From assembly GCA_018646625.1 (NCBI GenBank), contig JABGUJ010000002.1:164843-228842 (forward strand): a DNA stretch of 64,000 bases. Reading direction: 5' to 3'. The notes beneath the pieces were generated by a model. That model was not told the DNA's origin. It made no database searches and saw nothing but the letters and a program-made list of their open reading frames with translations. The stretch comes from Candidatus Woesearchaeota archaeon (GTDB lineage: Archaea; Nanobdellota; Nanobdellia; Woesearchaeales; JABGUJ01). Below are positions 18,176 through 27,392 of the stretch, piece by piece. A program made the translations under genes and the position numbers. The first letter of the stretch is position 1. Every line of letters starts with the position of its first letter.

Positions 18176-19336
18176 GTGCTCATAATCAAGAAAATACTAA
18201 CTTTAGGACTTTTGGTACTATTACTTGTTTCTGTCTGCTACGCGGCCGGTGATTACTATTATGACATCGCTGTTGAAGAAACCGCAGATACTTATTTTGA
18301 CGGCATCAGATTTGATGATGTTAAAGTATATGTTAATGGAGATAAAGAATCCAGAGTTGATGAAGAAGGCGGTAAGATAGATGCATCTCCTGATAACGAA
18401 GTTCTAGTTCAGTATAAAGTTGAGAGCATGTTTGATTCACAATCAACAATTGAAATGAAAGATGTTGATGTCTATGTTATAATATACAAGCTGTATGCAA
18501 GAGACAAAGATGATTTTGAAGAACATAGAGATAATCCGTTTGATTTAGAAGCGGGGGAAAGAGAAAGTGATGATCTAAAGTTTAAAGTTCCAGTAGAAAT
18601 AAGAGAAGGCCAGTATGAGATGGAGATCAGAGCCAAAGGTTACGATGACAAAGATAATCTTAGAGAAGGTTATGTTAAGTTTAGGCTCGATATAGATAAG
18701 GAAAGAAATGAACTTAAGTTGGATAGAAAATCAGTTTCGTCTAGCGGATATTGTGAAGGACTGGCCTATATTGCGATTGAGTTGGTTAATACAGGAAGTA
18801 GTAAGCAGAGATTAGATTTAGATATTGAAAATTATGAATTAGACATTCATTTTGACGAACATGTTGAACTGGACGACGATCCTGTGCATGAAGATAACAA
18901 ATATTACGAAACATTCAGAATCGAACAACCAAAATTAGATGTTATACAAGGAAGTTATCCAGTTAACATAAGAATTGAGTCAGAATATTCTCTTATTGAA
19001 GAAACAGTAACATTAACTGTTCCGAACTGCGGAGAATATACTCAAGATTCTGAGGCTTTAGATGTGATGAAGGCAAGGCTAGAAGAACAAAAAAAATCTG
19101 GCGAGTATGTTGCACCTGTTGCTGCTGAGCCAACTGTTGAAGTGATTTATTCTGAAAATCCAGTTGTTACTGCGAGTGGTTTTCCTCAAAAAACTACAAC
19201 CAATGTAGTTCAAAAAGATAATTTTCTTAAGAAGAATCCAAAACTAGTTTTGTTTACAATTCTAGATATTGGATTGTTGCTGGGTTTAGTAATTGCTGTT
19301 CAGGCTGTTATTAAGAAGAGGAAGGGGAAAGTTTAA
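18176..19336 (+). CDS. Exported acidic Ig-like (S-layer-associated type) protein with C-terminal TM anchor
   Basis: Signal peptide, acidic beta-rich body, C-terminal TM plus KKRKGK tail; start codon uncertain. Confidence 0.65.
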   Translation: MLIIKKILTLGLLVLLLVSVCYAAGDYYYDIAVEETADTYFDGIRFDDVKVYVNGDKESRVDEEGGKIDASPDNEVLVQYKVESMFDSQSTIEMKDVDVYVIIYKLYARDKDDFEEHRDNPFDLEAGERESDDLKFKVPVEIREGQYEMEIRAKGYDDKDNLREGYVKFRLDIDKERNELKLDRKSVSSSGYCEGLAYIAIELVNTGSSKQRLDLDIENYELDIHFDEHVELDDDPVHEDNKYYETFRIEQPKLDVIQGSYPVNIRIESEYSLIEETVTLTVPNCGEYTQDSEALDVMKARLEEQKKSGEYVAPVAAEPTVEVIYSENPVVTASGFPQKTTTNVVQKDNFLKKNPKLVLFTILDIGLLLGLVIAVQAVIKKRKGKV

Positions 19337-19473
19337 ACTCCTTTTCCCATTAATTCTCTAGCCATCGCATCCGGCGTTCTTCTCTCATAATTTACTTTAG
19401 AATTGTGAGTTCTACAAAATTAATTATGTAGAGTATAGAAATCTTTATAATATTCCGTACTAGCGTATATGAT

Positions 19474-20235
19474 ATGAATCCCCTTGAAGATCTGAAGAAA
19501 AGTATAAGTCTCCTTTCTAGTGCTGTTAGATTCTTTAAGGAGAGCCCAGAGCTCATGAAAGCTGAGAAGCGAGACTATTCCGACTTTAGATTGAATAAAG
19601 CAGAGTACTATTTGAATATAATTAAACAAACTCCTGATAGAATAAAGAATGCTTTGTACAAAATAGATACTGACGATAGTACAACTCAAGGAGCCGTAAC
19701 GAAAGCAATTGAAAGTGCCAACATGTTAACTCGAGTTTGCATGGCTAAAAATATCGAGTTAATATCCAAATCATTAGATGATTTGGCAAGTCATATTTCT
19801 AAATTTAAACTTGATTCTCCAACCTCAAGTGAATCTCAAGTGGTTCAATTCCCAATAAATAGAATTCCTGCCGCGATTAGAGGAGAAATTAAAGCAGATA
19901 TTGATGAAATGATGAGGTGTTTTACATCGGGATGTCTACGAAGTACAGCGATATTATGTGGTCGCATTCTTGAAACTGCTTTGCATAGAAAATATTATGA
20001 TGCAACAGGGAATGATATTCTTGCAACTAATCCAGGAATTGGGTTGGGGAAATTAATTGCAAAGCTAAAAGAAATGAATGTACAATTTGATCCAGGCATA
20101 ACTGAACAGATTCATTTGATTAACCAAGTGAGAATATATTCAGTTCATAAAGCACAACAACCATTTGTTCCTTCTAAAAATCAAGCTCACGCTATGATTC
20201 TTTATACTCTAGATGTTTTGAAGAAACTATTTTAG
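19474..20235 (+). CDS. DUF4145 (HEPN-related) domain protein
   Basis: RSTAILCGRILETAL, LGKLI, RIYSVH (Rx4H). Confidence 0.7.
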   Translation: MNPLEDLKKSISLLSSAVRFFKESPELMKAEKRDYSDFRLNKAEYYLNIIKQTPDRIKNALYKIDTDDSTTQGAVTKAIESANMLTRVCMAKNIELISKSLDDLASHISKFKLDSPTSSESQVVQFPINRIPAAIRGEIKADIDEMMRCFTSGCLRSTAILCGRILETALHRKYYDATGNDILATNPGIGLGKLIAKLKEMNVQFDPGITEQIHLINQVRIYSVHKAQQPFVPSKNQAHAMILYTLDVLKKLF

Positions 20236-20253
20236 AGCGTTAATAGAATTAAA

Positions 20254-21030
20254 TCAAATCTTTTTTAGGTTATTTCTGACTATCGTCCAGTTAAGATCAA
20301 AGCGCTGTAATGACTTTAGGTTCCCGCCAATAACCTGATTCTTTTGTTTTTTAATGGCATCAAGAAATTCACCAGTATTGTTTGCGTATGCTACAGTAAC
20401 TGTTGTTCCTAAAAGATTGGTGTTGTGACAATCCGATCCTCCGGTGAACGCCTTACCTGATTTTAATGCCCATTCAGTTGCCTTCCTGTTACCCCCAATA
20501 CTCTGCGATGAGTTAATTACCTCTATCGCATCTAGTTTCTTGAATAATCTTTTGTTTTCATTGAACATCTCATAACTCCTCTTAGGTCTCATAGAGAATG
20601 GATGTGGCAGAGATATCAAACAATTATAGTTGCTGGCTTCATCCATATACTCTTCAGCACTCTTAGAAGTCTTTCGTAAATCAAAATATTTGTTATTGAC
20701 CAAACTGTTCTTAATCATTTTATCATAGAACTGTTCAAGTTCTTTAGGATCATAGAAATAGAATAGAATATCTTTGCAATCTATTGTTCCAACCTCTACC
20801 GCAGGTATTGCGACCACATCTTTATGTTTACAGGCCAATATACTGCCCTTCACCGCATTATGATCCGTAACAGATATTCCAATATTGGCACGCTTGCATA
20901 ATCTCAGAGTGTCTTTTATTCCAACCAAACCATCAGAGTACGTAGAGTGGTAATGTAAGTCCACGCACAATAGTCCATCTCGTCTAAGCGAGTTAATATC
21001 TGGACTCCCGAATATGATATTTTGTCTCAT
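20254..21030 (-). CDS. PHP-domain metal-dependent phosphoesterase
   Basis: DLHYHSTYSDG, TDHN, PHP, EVIN, GGSDCH. Confidence 0.88.
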   Translation of the reverse strand: MRQNIIFGSPDINSLRRDGLLCVDLHYHSTYSDGLVGIKDTLRLCKRANIGISVTDHNAVKGSILACKHKDVVAIPAVEVGTIDCKDILFYFYDPKELEQFYDKMIKNSLVNNKYFDLRKTSKSAEEYMDEASNYNCLISLPHPFSMRPKRSYEMFNENKRLFKKLDAIEVINSSQSIGGNRKATEWALKSGKAFTGGSDCHNTNLLGTTVTVAYANNTGEFLDAIKKQKNQVIGGNLKSLQRFDLNWTIVRNNLKKI

Positions 21031-21045
21031 TGTTTAAGAAGATAG

Positions 21046-21975
21046 TTATTTTTCAAAGACTTTTCTTTCTATCTTTTTAATTCTATGCTTGATTACATGC
21101 TCAAATAATTGACCATAATAATCTAGCTCTTCTCTAGCGTCCCGATAATAATAATTAATCATCGGACCTAATGTCTTAACATGAGTCGTTGCCATCTTAG
21201 CACCCATCACTGCTTTTCTGATATTGCTTAAGTGAACTCCAGCGATCTCATTTCTTTGTTTGGATATAACTTTATAAAATGATTCAAGATCATGTGCTTT
21301 TCCATATGCGAGTGCTTTCCCCAACGTCTTGACATCGTGACTATCCGAACCAGCAGTTTTGGGTTTTTTCAAATGCGAAGCTAATCGTTTTGATAATATA
21401 TTTTCATTTACTGTTTGCATAGCATTGATAGCTTCTATCCAGTCAAACTTTCTAAGGATCGAGTGGTCTACCTTTCCTCGATGAATCTTACTCATGATCC
21501 CCCCTGAAAATGGTGAATAAGGGTGAGGAAGACACAGGATAGCATTGTACTTATCCTTAAGATCAACAAGGTCCTCCGCACTTCGAGTGGTTGCAAGAAC
21601 CGGATCTTTGTATCTAAATTTCTTAACTTCTTTTTCATAAAAAGACTTTAGTGATCCGAAATCATGAAAATAAAATAAGATGTGACATCTCTCTTTTGCA
21701 GTTACTTCTATTCCCGGAATTATCTTGTCTTTATAGTTCTTTAATTTAGAAAGCATTAATGATCCTTTTATCTCATTGTGGTCGGTAACCGCAATATTAA
21801 TTCCTAAATTATCGATTGTCTCTTTTACTTGATTTAAAGTATTAAGACCATCAGAATAAATTGTATGAGAATGCATATCTGCATAAATAAAACCATCTTC
21901 CCTATTCACAACTTTATTGCGAATTTCTTTCTTACGCTTTCTATCATCTCTGATGCGTTTGATCCTTTTTTTCAT
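21046..21975 (-). CDS. PHP-domain metal-dependent phosphoesterase
   Basis: DMHSHTIYSDG, TDHN, GIEV, PHP, GSDSH. Confidence 0.88.
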   Translation of the reverse strand: MKKRIKRIRDDRKRKKEIRNKVVNREDGFIYADMHSHTIYSDGLNTLNQVKETIDNLGINIAVTDHNEIKGSLMLSKLKNYKDKIIPGIEVTAKERCHILFYFHDFGSLKSFYEKEVKKFRYKDPVLATTRSAEDLVDLKDKYNAILCLPHPYSPFSGGIMSKIHRGKVDHSILRKFDWIEAINAMQTVNENILSKRLASHLKKPKTAGSDSHDVKTLGKALAYGKAHDLESFYKVISKQRNEIAGVHLSNIRKAVMGAKMATTHVKTLGPMINYYYRDAREELDYYGQLFEHVIKHRIKKIERKVFEK

Positions 21976-22065
21976 CTTAAGTGGTTATAATACTTAATAA
22001 TTGATTAGCTCCAATAAAACCTGTGATTGAAAATATATATAAATACTTCTGTTATAACATCAGTA

Positions 22066-22518
22066 ATGAACGTCGTTAAACCGTTGCTGTTGCTTCTAAA
22101 AAACTATTCCCTAGTAAAGAAACTGACAAAGTTTGCAACGATTGGTTTCTTAACTTGGTTAATTGAGGTAACCTTACTTGCACTTATGGTTGAACTAGGG
22201 GATCTATATTATCTTCGTGCGGCCGCAATTGCAATTGTTTTCTCTAACACATTCAACTTCACATTTAACAAATTATGGACTTTTCAGAACAAAGAAAAGA
22301 AAGCTGTGAAAGTGCAATTACCACTATTTATTGCACAGAAAGTCGTTGGCGTGGCAGTCTATCTCTTCCTTATGTATACTCTAGTAGATATGGCAGGTTT
22401 TTGGTACATTTACTCGCAAATAATCTGCGGTTCCCTAATAGGTATATTTAATTTTACATTCTGTGGTTTGGTTGTTTTCAAGCAGAGAGCAGCTAGAAAA
22501 GCTAGAAAACGAATATAG
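22066..22518 (+). CDS. GtrA family membrane protein (putative lipid-linked sugar flippase)
   Basis: KFATIG...NFTFNKLWTF...NF pattern, 4 TM; ATG 22066. Confidence 0.85.
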   Translation: MNVVKPLLLLLKNYSLVKKLTKFATIGFLTWLIEVTLLALMVELGDLYYLRAAAIAIVFSNTFNFTFNKLWTFQNKEKKAVKVQLPLFIAQKVVGVAVYLFLMYTLVDMAGFWYIYSQIICGSLIGIFNFTFCGLVVFKQRAARKARKRI

Positions 22519-22595
22519 AAGACTTGTATCTATAAATTCACCAAAAAACTTATAAAGGCGCATTTTATAAACTAAGCAAAAGAGGATGATTATAT

Positions 22596-23432
22596 ATGAA
22601 ATCTAGGTTGGCGGTGGCGGTAGTTCTTCTAGCAGCAGTAATTGCTCTTGCGTCTATGAACTATCCTTCTAAATCTATAATAATTGTATGTAACGAACCT
22701 TACATAATGTATGGCGATGGTTGCTGCTTGGATACTAATTATAATAATGTGTGTGATGATCGTGAAGCAACATCGAAGCCAAGTTCTTATGAAATACAAC
22801 ACGAAATATATGATGAAGTATTAGAAGAACCGGTAGTTGAATTTGTTGAGGTTCCTTTAGAGGAAGAACCTGAAACAATGGCACAACCTGCTGCATTTAG
22901 CACTCCTACATGTGGTGATGGGGTCTGTGATGACAGATCTTCTTTCTTTCAAGATTACAAAGTAATGTGTGATGAGATCACTTGCGCAGTTAATGATGTT
23001 ATAACAGAGAATACTTTCTCTTGTCCAAGAGATTGCGGATATAAATGCGGTGAACGTACCAACTTCTATGTTGGTGAATGCAAACGTTCTGATTCGTTGT
23101 TAGTGCTTGAATTATCAAATGTTGGAAAGAATCCAATTGTGGGATTCTCATTTGTTTACACGACTTACAATACTAAAGATGAATATACATCAACAAGTTA
23201 TAGCATACATTCTTACGCTATAGAAGATTTCAAAGAAAACGTAGGATACGAGACGATGAGTTATTTGCTTAAACCTGGAGATAAGAGGGATTTCACATTC
23301 CAAAAAGCAATGTGGGAAGCAGAACTTGGAGATCGTTTAAGTCAAATTCAAATTATTCCTCGAATACTATCTGAAGACGAGATTGTTGATTGTTCAAATC
23401 AGCGAGTGGTCTTTAAGCTTGATAAATGTTAG
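22596..23432 (+). CDS. Exported Cys-rich protein
   Basis: N-terminal hydrophobic segment; CNEPYI..CCLDTNYNNVCD module; CGDGVCD..E...CPRDC; C-terminal beta domain. Confidence 0.75.
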   Translation: MKSRLAVAVVLLAAVIALASMNYPSKSIIIVCNEPYIMYGDGCCLDTNYNNVCDDREATSKPSSYEIQHEIYDEVLEEPVVEFVEVPLEEEPETMAQPAAFSTPTCGDGVCDDRSSFFQDYKVMCDEITCAVNDVITENTFSCPRDCGYKCGERTNFYVGECKRSDSLLVLELSNVGKNPIVGFSFVYTTYNTKDEYTSTSYSIHSYAIEDFKENVGYETMSYLLKPGDKRDFTFQKAMWEAELGDRLSQIQIIPRILSEDEIVDCSNQRVVFKLDKC

Positions 23433-23485
23433 GCCAAGTAAAAGAGGAATAACCAAAAAATTACATTAATACGAGGTGGAGATAA

Positions 23486-24091
23486 ATGAATACGAAAATT
23501 TTATTCGGACTTTTTGTGATCTTGTTACTAGTATTCTCAGGATGCGGAAGTCAAGCAGAACCAGAAACTCCTGATGAACCAACAGTACCAGCGGAACCGG
23601 TTGTTACAGAACCAGAACCTGAAGTTGTTGAGGAAATCATAGAAGCGCCTGCTGAGCCGGTTATTGACGAAGATGGTGAAGAAGTTCTTGAAGGAATGAC
23701 TGAAACAATCGAAGCAGAAGAAATGGATTACATTGCTTGTGATGAATCATTCACTCTGGCAGTTGTTAACAAAGGCGGATGTACTGTTGAAGAAAGTACT
23801 ATGCATTTGAGAGTGAAGAAAGTATCTTCTGCAGAATTTGATGGACTACTATTTACTTATGTTTCCCAGTCCAAGGAAGAAGCTAGAGAGCAATCTCCTG
23901 GATCTTTTGAAGAAGGTCAAGTTAAAGAATTTAATTTGGACTTGAGCAAATACGAGAGCTTAATGCCTCTTAAATCTGTACAAGTTACACCTTTGACTAA
24001 AGACGAAGCTGGAAACACAGTTATGTGTCTAAACCAAAGAATTAACTACCCATTCAAAAATTGCGAAGCTGAAGCAATGAAGATGGTTTAA
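23486..24091 (+). CDS. Putative lipoprotein with acidic Pro/Glu linker
   Basis: Lipobox VFSG-C20; GAGGTG SD; C-terminal domain similar to that of 22596-23432. Confidence 0.7.
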   Translation: MNTKILFGLFVILLLVFSGCGSQAEPETPDEPTVPAEPVVTEPEPEVVEEIIEAPAEPVIDEDGEEVLEGMTETIEAEEMDYIACDESFTLAVVNKGGCTVEESTMHLRVKKVSSAEFDGLLFTYVSQSKEEAREQSPGSFEEGQVKEFNLDLSKYESLMPLKSVQVTPLTKDEAGNTVMCLNQRINYPFKNCEAEAMKMV

Positions 24092-24130
24092 TTCTTTTTT
24101 ATTTTATTTTTTTAGTTTTTAACAAGAGGG

Positions 24131-25369
24131 GTGAAAATGAAAAGATTATTTTTAGGGATTGTGGTGGTTGCATTTATTTTGTTAATTGCCCTTGTAAAAG
24201 TAGATTTCTTTAAACCTACGCCAATTCAACCAGTTTGTAATGCTCCTTATATTCACTTTGAGACCGATTGTTGTCTGGATGTAAACGATAATGCAATTTG
24301 CGACTCACAGGAAGAGATCGCTAAGAAGATAGACGAAGCAGAAGCGAGGGTAAGTGAAGTCAAACCTTCGGAAAACATCGATCCATTTGATGCTGCAAAA
24401 GCCAGCGAAGAAATTCTAAAGCTTTCTGAAGACTTCATGACTTATTTGTTAGATGATGATTATCATTCATTGTATTATTTATTCTCGGAAGAGTTCAAAA
24501 GCGAAGTGGATATAGATAATTTCGTCTTTGTGCTTAATAATATACCATTCATGCCTGAAGTTGAATCCATGTATGTCGCATCGTTAACTGTAAGAAGAAA
24601 TGAAGCGACTCTTACTTTTGGTGGAGAAGGTTCTGCATTTATGCTAGAAACTTTTGGATCAACTTCTTTAGCATATGACGACTACTATGGTTGGAGATTT
24701 GAGGACTTTTCAAATTATTTCGAACAATCTGTAAGTGAGTTCTGCATTCAATATTCTGAAAGTTCAGAAGAATGTATGTATGACTATGCGGTATTAAGCG
24801 AATATTCCGCAATGTGTGCAACTTTGTCTTCTCTTAAACCAAAATGTTTCTACAAAGTAGCATTAAAAACAGAAGATGCATCTTTATGCCATAAATCTGG
24901 TGAGTATCAACAAAGTTGTTTAACTTCTCTTGATATTCCGCTGACTTTATCTCAAAGAGTGAGATTCTGTGAAGATGATTTCAATTGCTTGCTGTGGCTT
25001 GCAATTAATGAAAACGATCGTACTGTTTGCGATTCTTTGAGTAACATTGATGCAGTACATAGATGTTATGGTCTGATTGCATATTTAGCTGATGATTACC
25101 AGCCTTGCATAGATTTAGGCAACGGTAAAGCGTCTTATTATTGCTCTATTCCGTTTATTGCAGATTTAGATACTGCGAGTGCTAATGATAACTCTATATG
25201 CAGTAGATTTGATGCGACATATTCTGCAAAATGCCAAGGAGATGTTCTAACGCACAGATTCACTGAGCAGAACTATGTTGGCTGGGCCTACAACAGAGAA
25301 TCTTCGCCCTCTGGAACAAAGACGGGAAAAGGTAGTGGTGTTGACATCTACAAAAAACCATTGAGGTAA
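24131..25369 (+). CDS. Membrane-anchored Cys-repeat protein
   Basis: N-terminal TM; CNAPYI..CCLDVNDNAICD module; helical C-x8-9-C repeats. Confidence 0.7.
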   Translation: MKMKRLFLGIVVVAFILLIALVKVDFFKPTPIQPVCNAPYIHFETDCCLDVNDNAICDSQEEIAKKIDEAEARVSEVKPSENIDPFDAAKASEEILKLSEDFMTYLLDDDYHSLYYLFSEEFKSEVDIDNFVFVLNNIPFMPEVESMYVASLTVRRNEATLTFGGEGSAFMLETFGSTSLAYDDYYGWRFEDFSNYFEQSVSEFCIQYSESSEECMYDYAVLSEYSAMCATLSSLKPKCFYKVALKTEDASLCHKSGEYQQSCLTSLDIPLTLSQRVRFCEDDFNCLLWLAINENDRTVCDSLSNIDAVHRCYGLIAYLADDYQPCIDLGNGKASYYCSIPFIADLDTASANDNSICSRFDATYSAKCQGDVLTHRFTEQNYVGWAYNRESSPSGTKTGKGSGVDIYKKPLR

Positions 25370-25374
25370 CTATC

Positions 25375-26541
25375 ATGAAATTATTACATACATCAACATT
25401 GGTTGTTCTGCTTGCGGTCTTGCTTTTAGCGGGATGTAATCAGATCAGTGAGACTAATTGTGATCATCCGTATATTCTTGTAGGGACTAGCTGCTGCTTG
25501 GATGTTAATGAAAATAGTGTGTGCGATGATCATGAAGAAAATATGTTGGTGTTAGTTGAACCAGAGATGGAAATAGTGGATGAACCTGTTGTTGAAGAAA
25601 CTGAAGAGGTTGAAGAAGAAATTCCTGATTATTTTTCTCAAACATATCAAGCACCTGTAGACGAAGTGGTGGATGAGAAACAGTATGATGTTGTTGATAC
25701 TGTAATTGAGGAAACTAGTGTTCCTGCTTCAGGCATGTTGAAGATGCACATTCTTGATATAGAAAATAGCAGAGGTCAAAGTGTTGTAGTAGAAACTCCT
25801 TCTGGAGATCTTATTTTGATTGATACTGCTATGAAAACATACGGATCAGTTATTGAAAGGTTCCTGAAAGGATCACTTAATGCCAATGCAATTGATTTGT
25901 TAATTATTAGCAGCATTGATGATAACCTTATTGGTGGTTATGATATCTTAAGAACTGAGTTCCCTGTTGGTTTACTAGTAGACAATGGTGCGGTTTCAAA
26001 CACCTTCCAATACTATAAATACGATATGTATGCTAGATCGGGAAATTATGATAAGATAGACCAAGATTCAGTATTTGAGTTTGATGACGGAGTTAACGTA
26101 GAACTTCTTGTTTCTTATGATACGTTATCACAAAGCAAGATGGATTCAACTGATTCTATTGTTGTGAGAATAACATATGGAGATGTTGCTTACCTTATTA
26201 TGACTGATTGTGTTGGTATTTGTGAAACAGAGATACTTAATACTGCAGAAGTTAAAGCAGATGTTATTGTTCTGGCAGATCACGGGGATGCTGATGGAGC
26301 AAAAGCCAACTTCTTGGATACTGTCGCACCTAAATATGCGTCTGTAGCGAAGATCAAGGGGTTACCGGCCAAGACCAGATACCGGCTAGATAATGCAGGA
26401 ATAAAGTGGTACAATACTTTTGATTATGGTATTGTGACTTTCTCTACTGATGGCACTTCAGTCTCAGTAGACAATGCCAAGTTAGTAGATCCTGGTTCGC
26501 TCTATAAACCAGAGGTCAAGACTGCGGATAAATATTACTAA
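25375..26541 (+). CDS. Lipoprotein with ComEC/Rec2-like metallo-beta-lactamase fold, degenerate active site
   Basis: Lipobox LLAG-C21; MHILDI...GQS, LIDT, IDLLIISSIDDNLIGG, SIVVRITYG, ADVIVLADHG, YNT..YG.V. Confidence 0.7.
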   Translation: MKLLHTSTLVVLLAVLLLAGCNQISETNCDHPYILVGTSCCLDVNENSVCDDHEENMLVLVEPEMEIVDEPVVEETEEVEEEIPDYFSQTYQAPVDEVVDEKQYDVVDTVIEETSVPASGMLKMHILDIENSRGQSVVVETPSGDLILIDTAMKTYGSVIERFLKGSLNANAIDLLIISSIDDNLIGGYDILRTEFPVGLLVDNGAVSNTFQYYKYDMYARSGNYDKIDQDSVFEFDDGVNVELLVSYDTLSQSKMDSTDSIVVRITYGDVAYLIMTDCVGICETEILNTAEVKADVIVLADHGDADGAKANFLDTVAPKYASVAKIKGLPAKTRYRLDNAGIKWYNTFDYGIVTFSTDGTSVSVDNAKLVDPGSLYKPEVKTADKYY

Positions 26542-26666
26542 ATGACGTAATATGAGGATAGTAGCCATTGTCTCAGCACCGAAACCTTTAAATATGACCT
26601 GGTAATGTATAGGGGTAGGCGTTCTAATGATTAAAATGAATAATTCTAGAAGAGTGTTGATTAAAC

Positions 26667-27320
26667 ATGACATCAGATAATCTAAGTAAAGAAGGAAGGA
26701 TGAAAACTGGCACTACTACGGTATGTGTTAAGTGTAAAGACGGTATTGTTTTGGCAGCAGATAAAAGAGCAACTGCAGGCCACATGATAGCAGACAAAAG
26801 AGCTAAGAAGATACATATAGTATCCGATGATATGGCCCTGACAATCGCAGGAATGGTTTCTGATGCGCAGCTTTTAACTAAGCTAATAAGAGCAGAAATC
26901 AAATTGAAATCACTGAGAGTTGACAGATCAACTACAGTAAAAGAAGCTGCTAATATTCTAGCAGGAATGAATTATAATAATATAAGGACACCAAGTATGG
27001 TTCCAGGTATTGTTGGATTTCTATTTGCAGGACATGATGAAGAAAAAGGATTCACTGCATACAACATAGGAATTGACGGTAGTATTTCTGAGATTGTTGA
27101 TTACGAAAGTGATGGATCAGGATCTCCTTTTGCATTAGGTGCTCTTGAGAATTTGTACAAAAAGGATCTTTCAATTAAAGAGGGAGTTGAGATTGCTACG
27201 AGAGCTATTAGCACAGCATTACAAAGAGATAGTGCATCAGGTAATGGCTTGAATGTGGTTACAATAACCAAAGAAGGTGCAAAACTAATACTTGAAAAAG
27301 ATATTGAAACAAAGCTTTGA
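26667..27320 (+). CDS. psmB: Proteasome subunit beta
   Basis: Propeptide ending KTG then TTT, AADKRAT, GSGS, RDSASG. Confidence 0.95.
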   Translation: MTSDNLSKEGRMKTGTTTVCVKCKDGIVLAADKRATAGHMIADKRAKKIHIVSDDMALTIAGMVSDAQLLTKLIRAEIKLKSLRVDRSTTVKEAANILAGMNYNNIRTPSMVPGIVGFLFAGHDEEKGFTAYNIGIDGSISEIVDYESDGSGSPFALGALENLYKKDLSIKEGVEIATRAISTALQRDSASGNGLNVVTITKEGAKLILEKDIETKL

Positions 27321-27392
27321 TTTGATCGTGTTTTCTAAATTAAAGTTTATTTATTTTTATTAGGCTTTTTTGTTACGAGGTTTTTATTTAAA

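Noticed and set aside
18165..18190. Possible non-canonical ATA/ATC start for the exported protein
   Set aside because: An in-frame GTG exists at 18176; no independent evidence for the alternative
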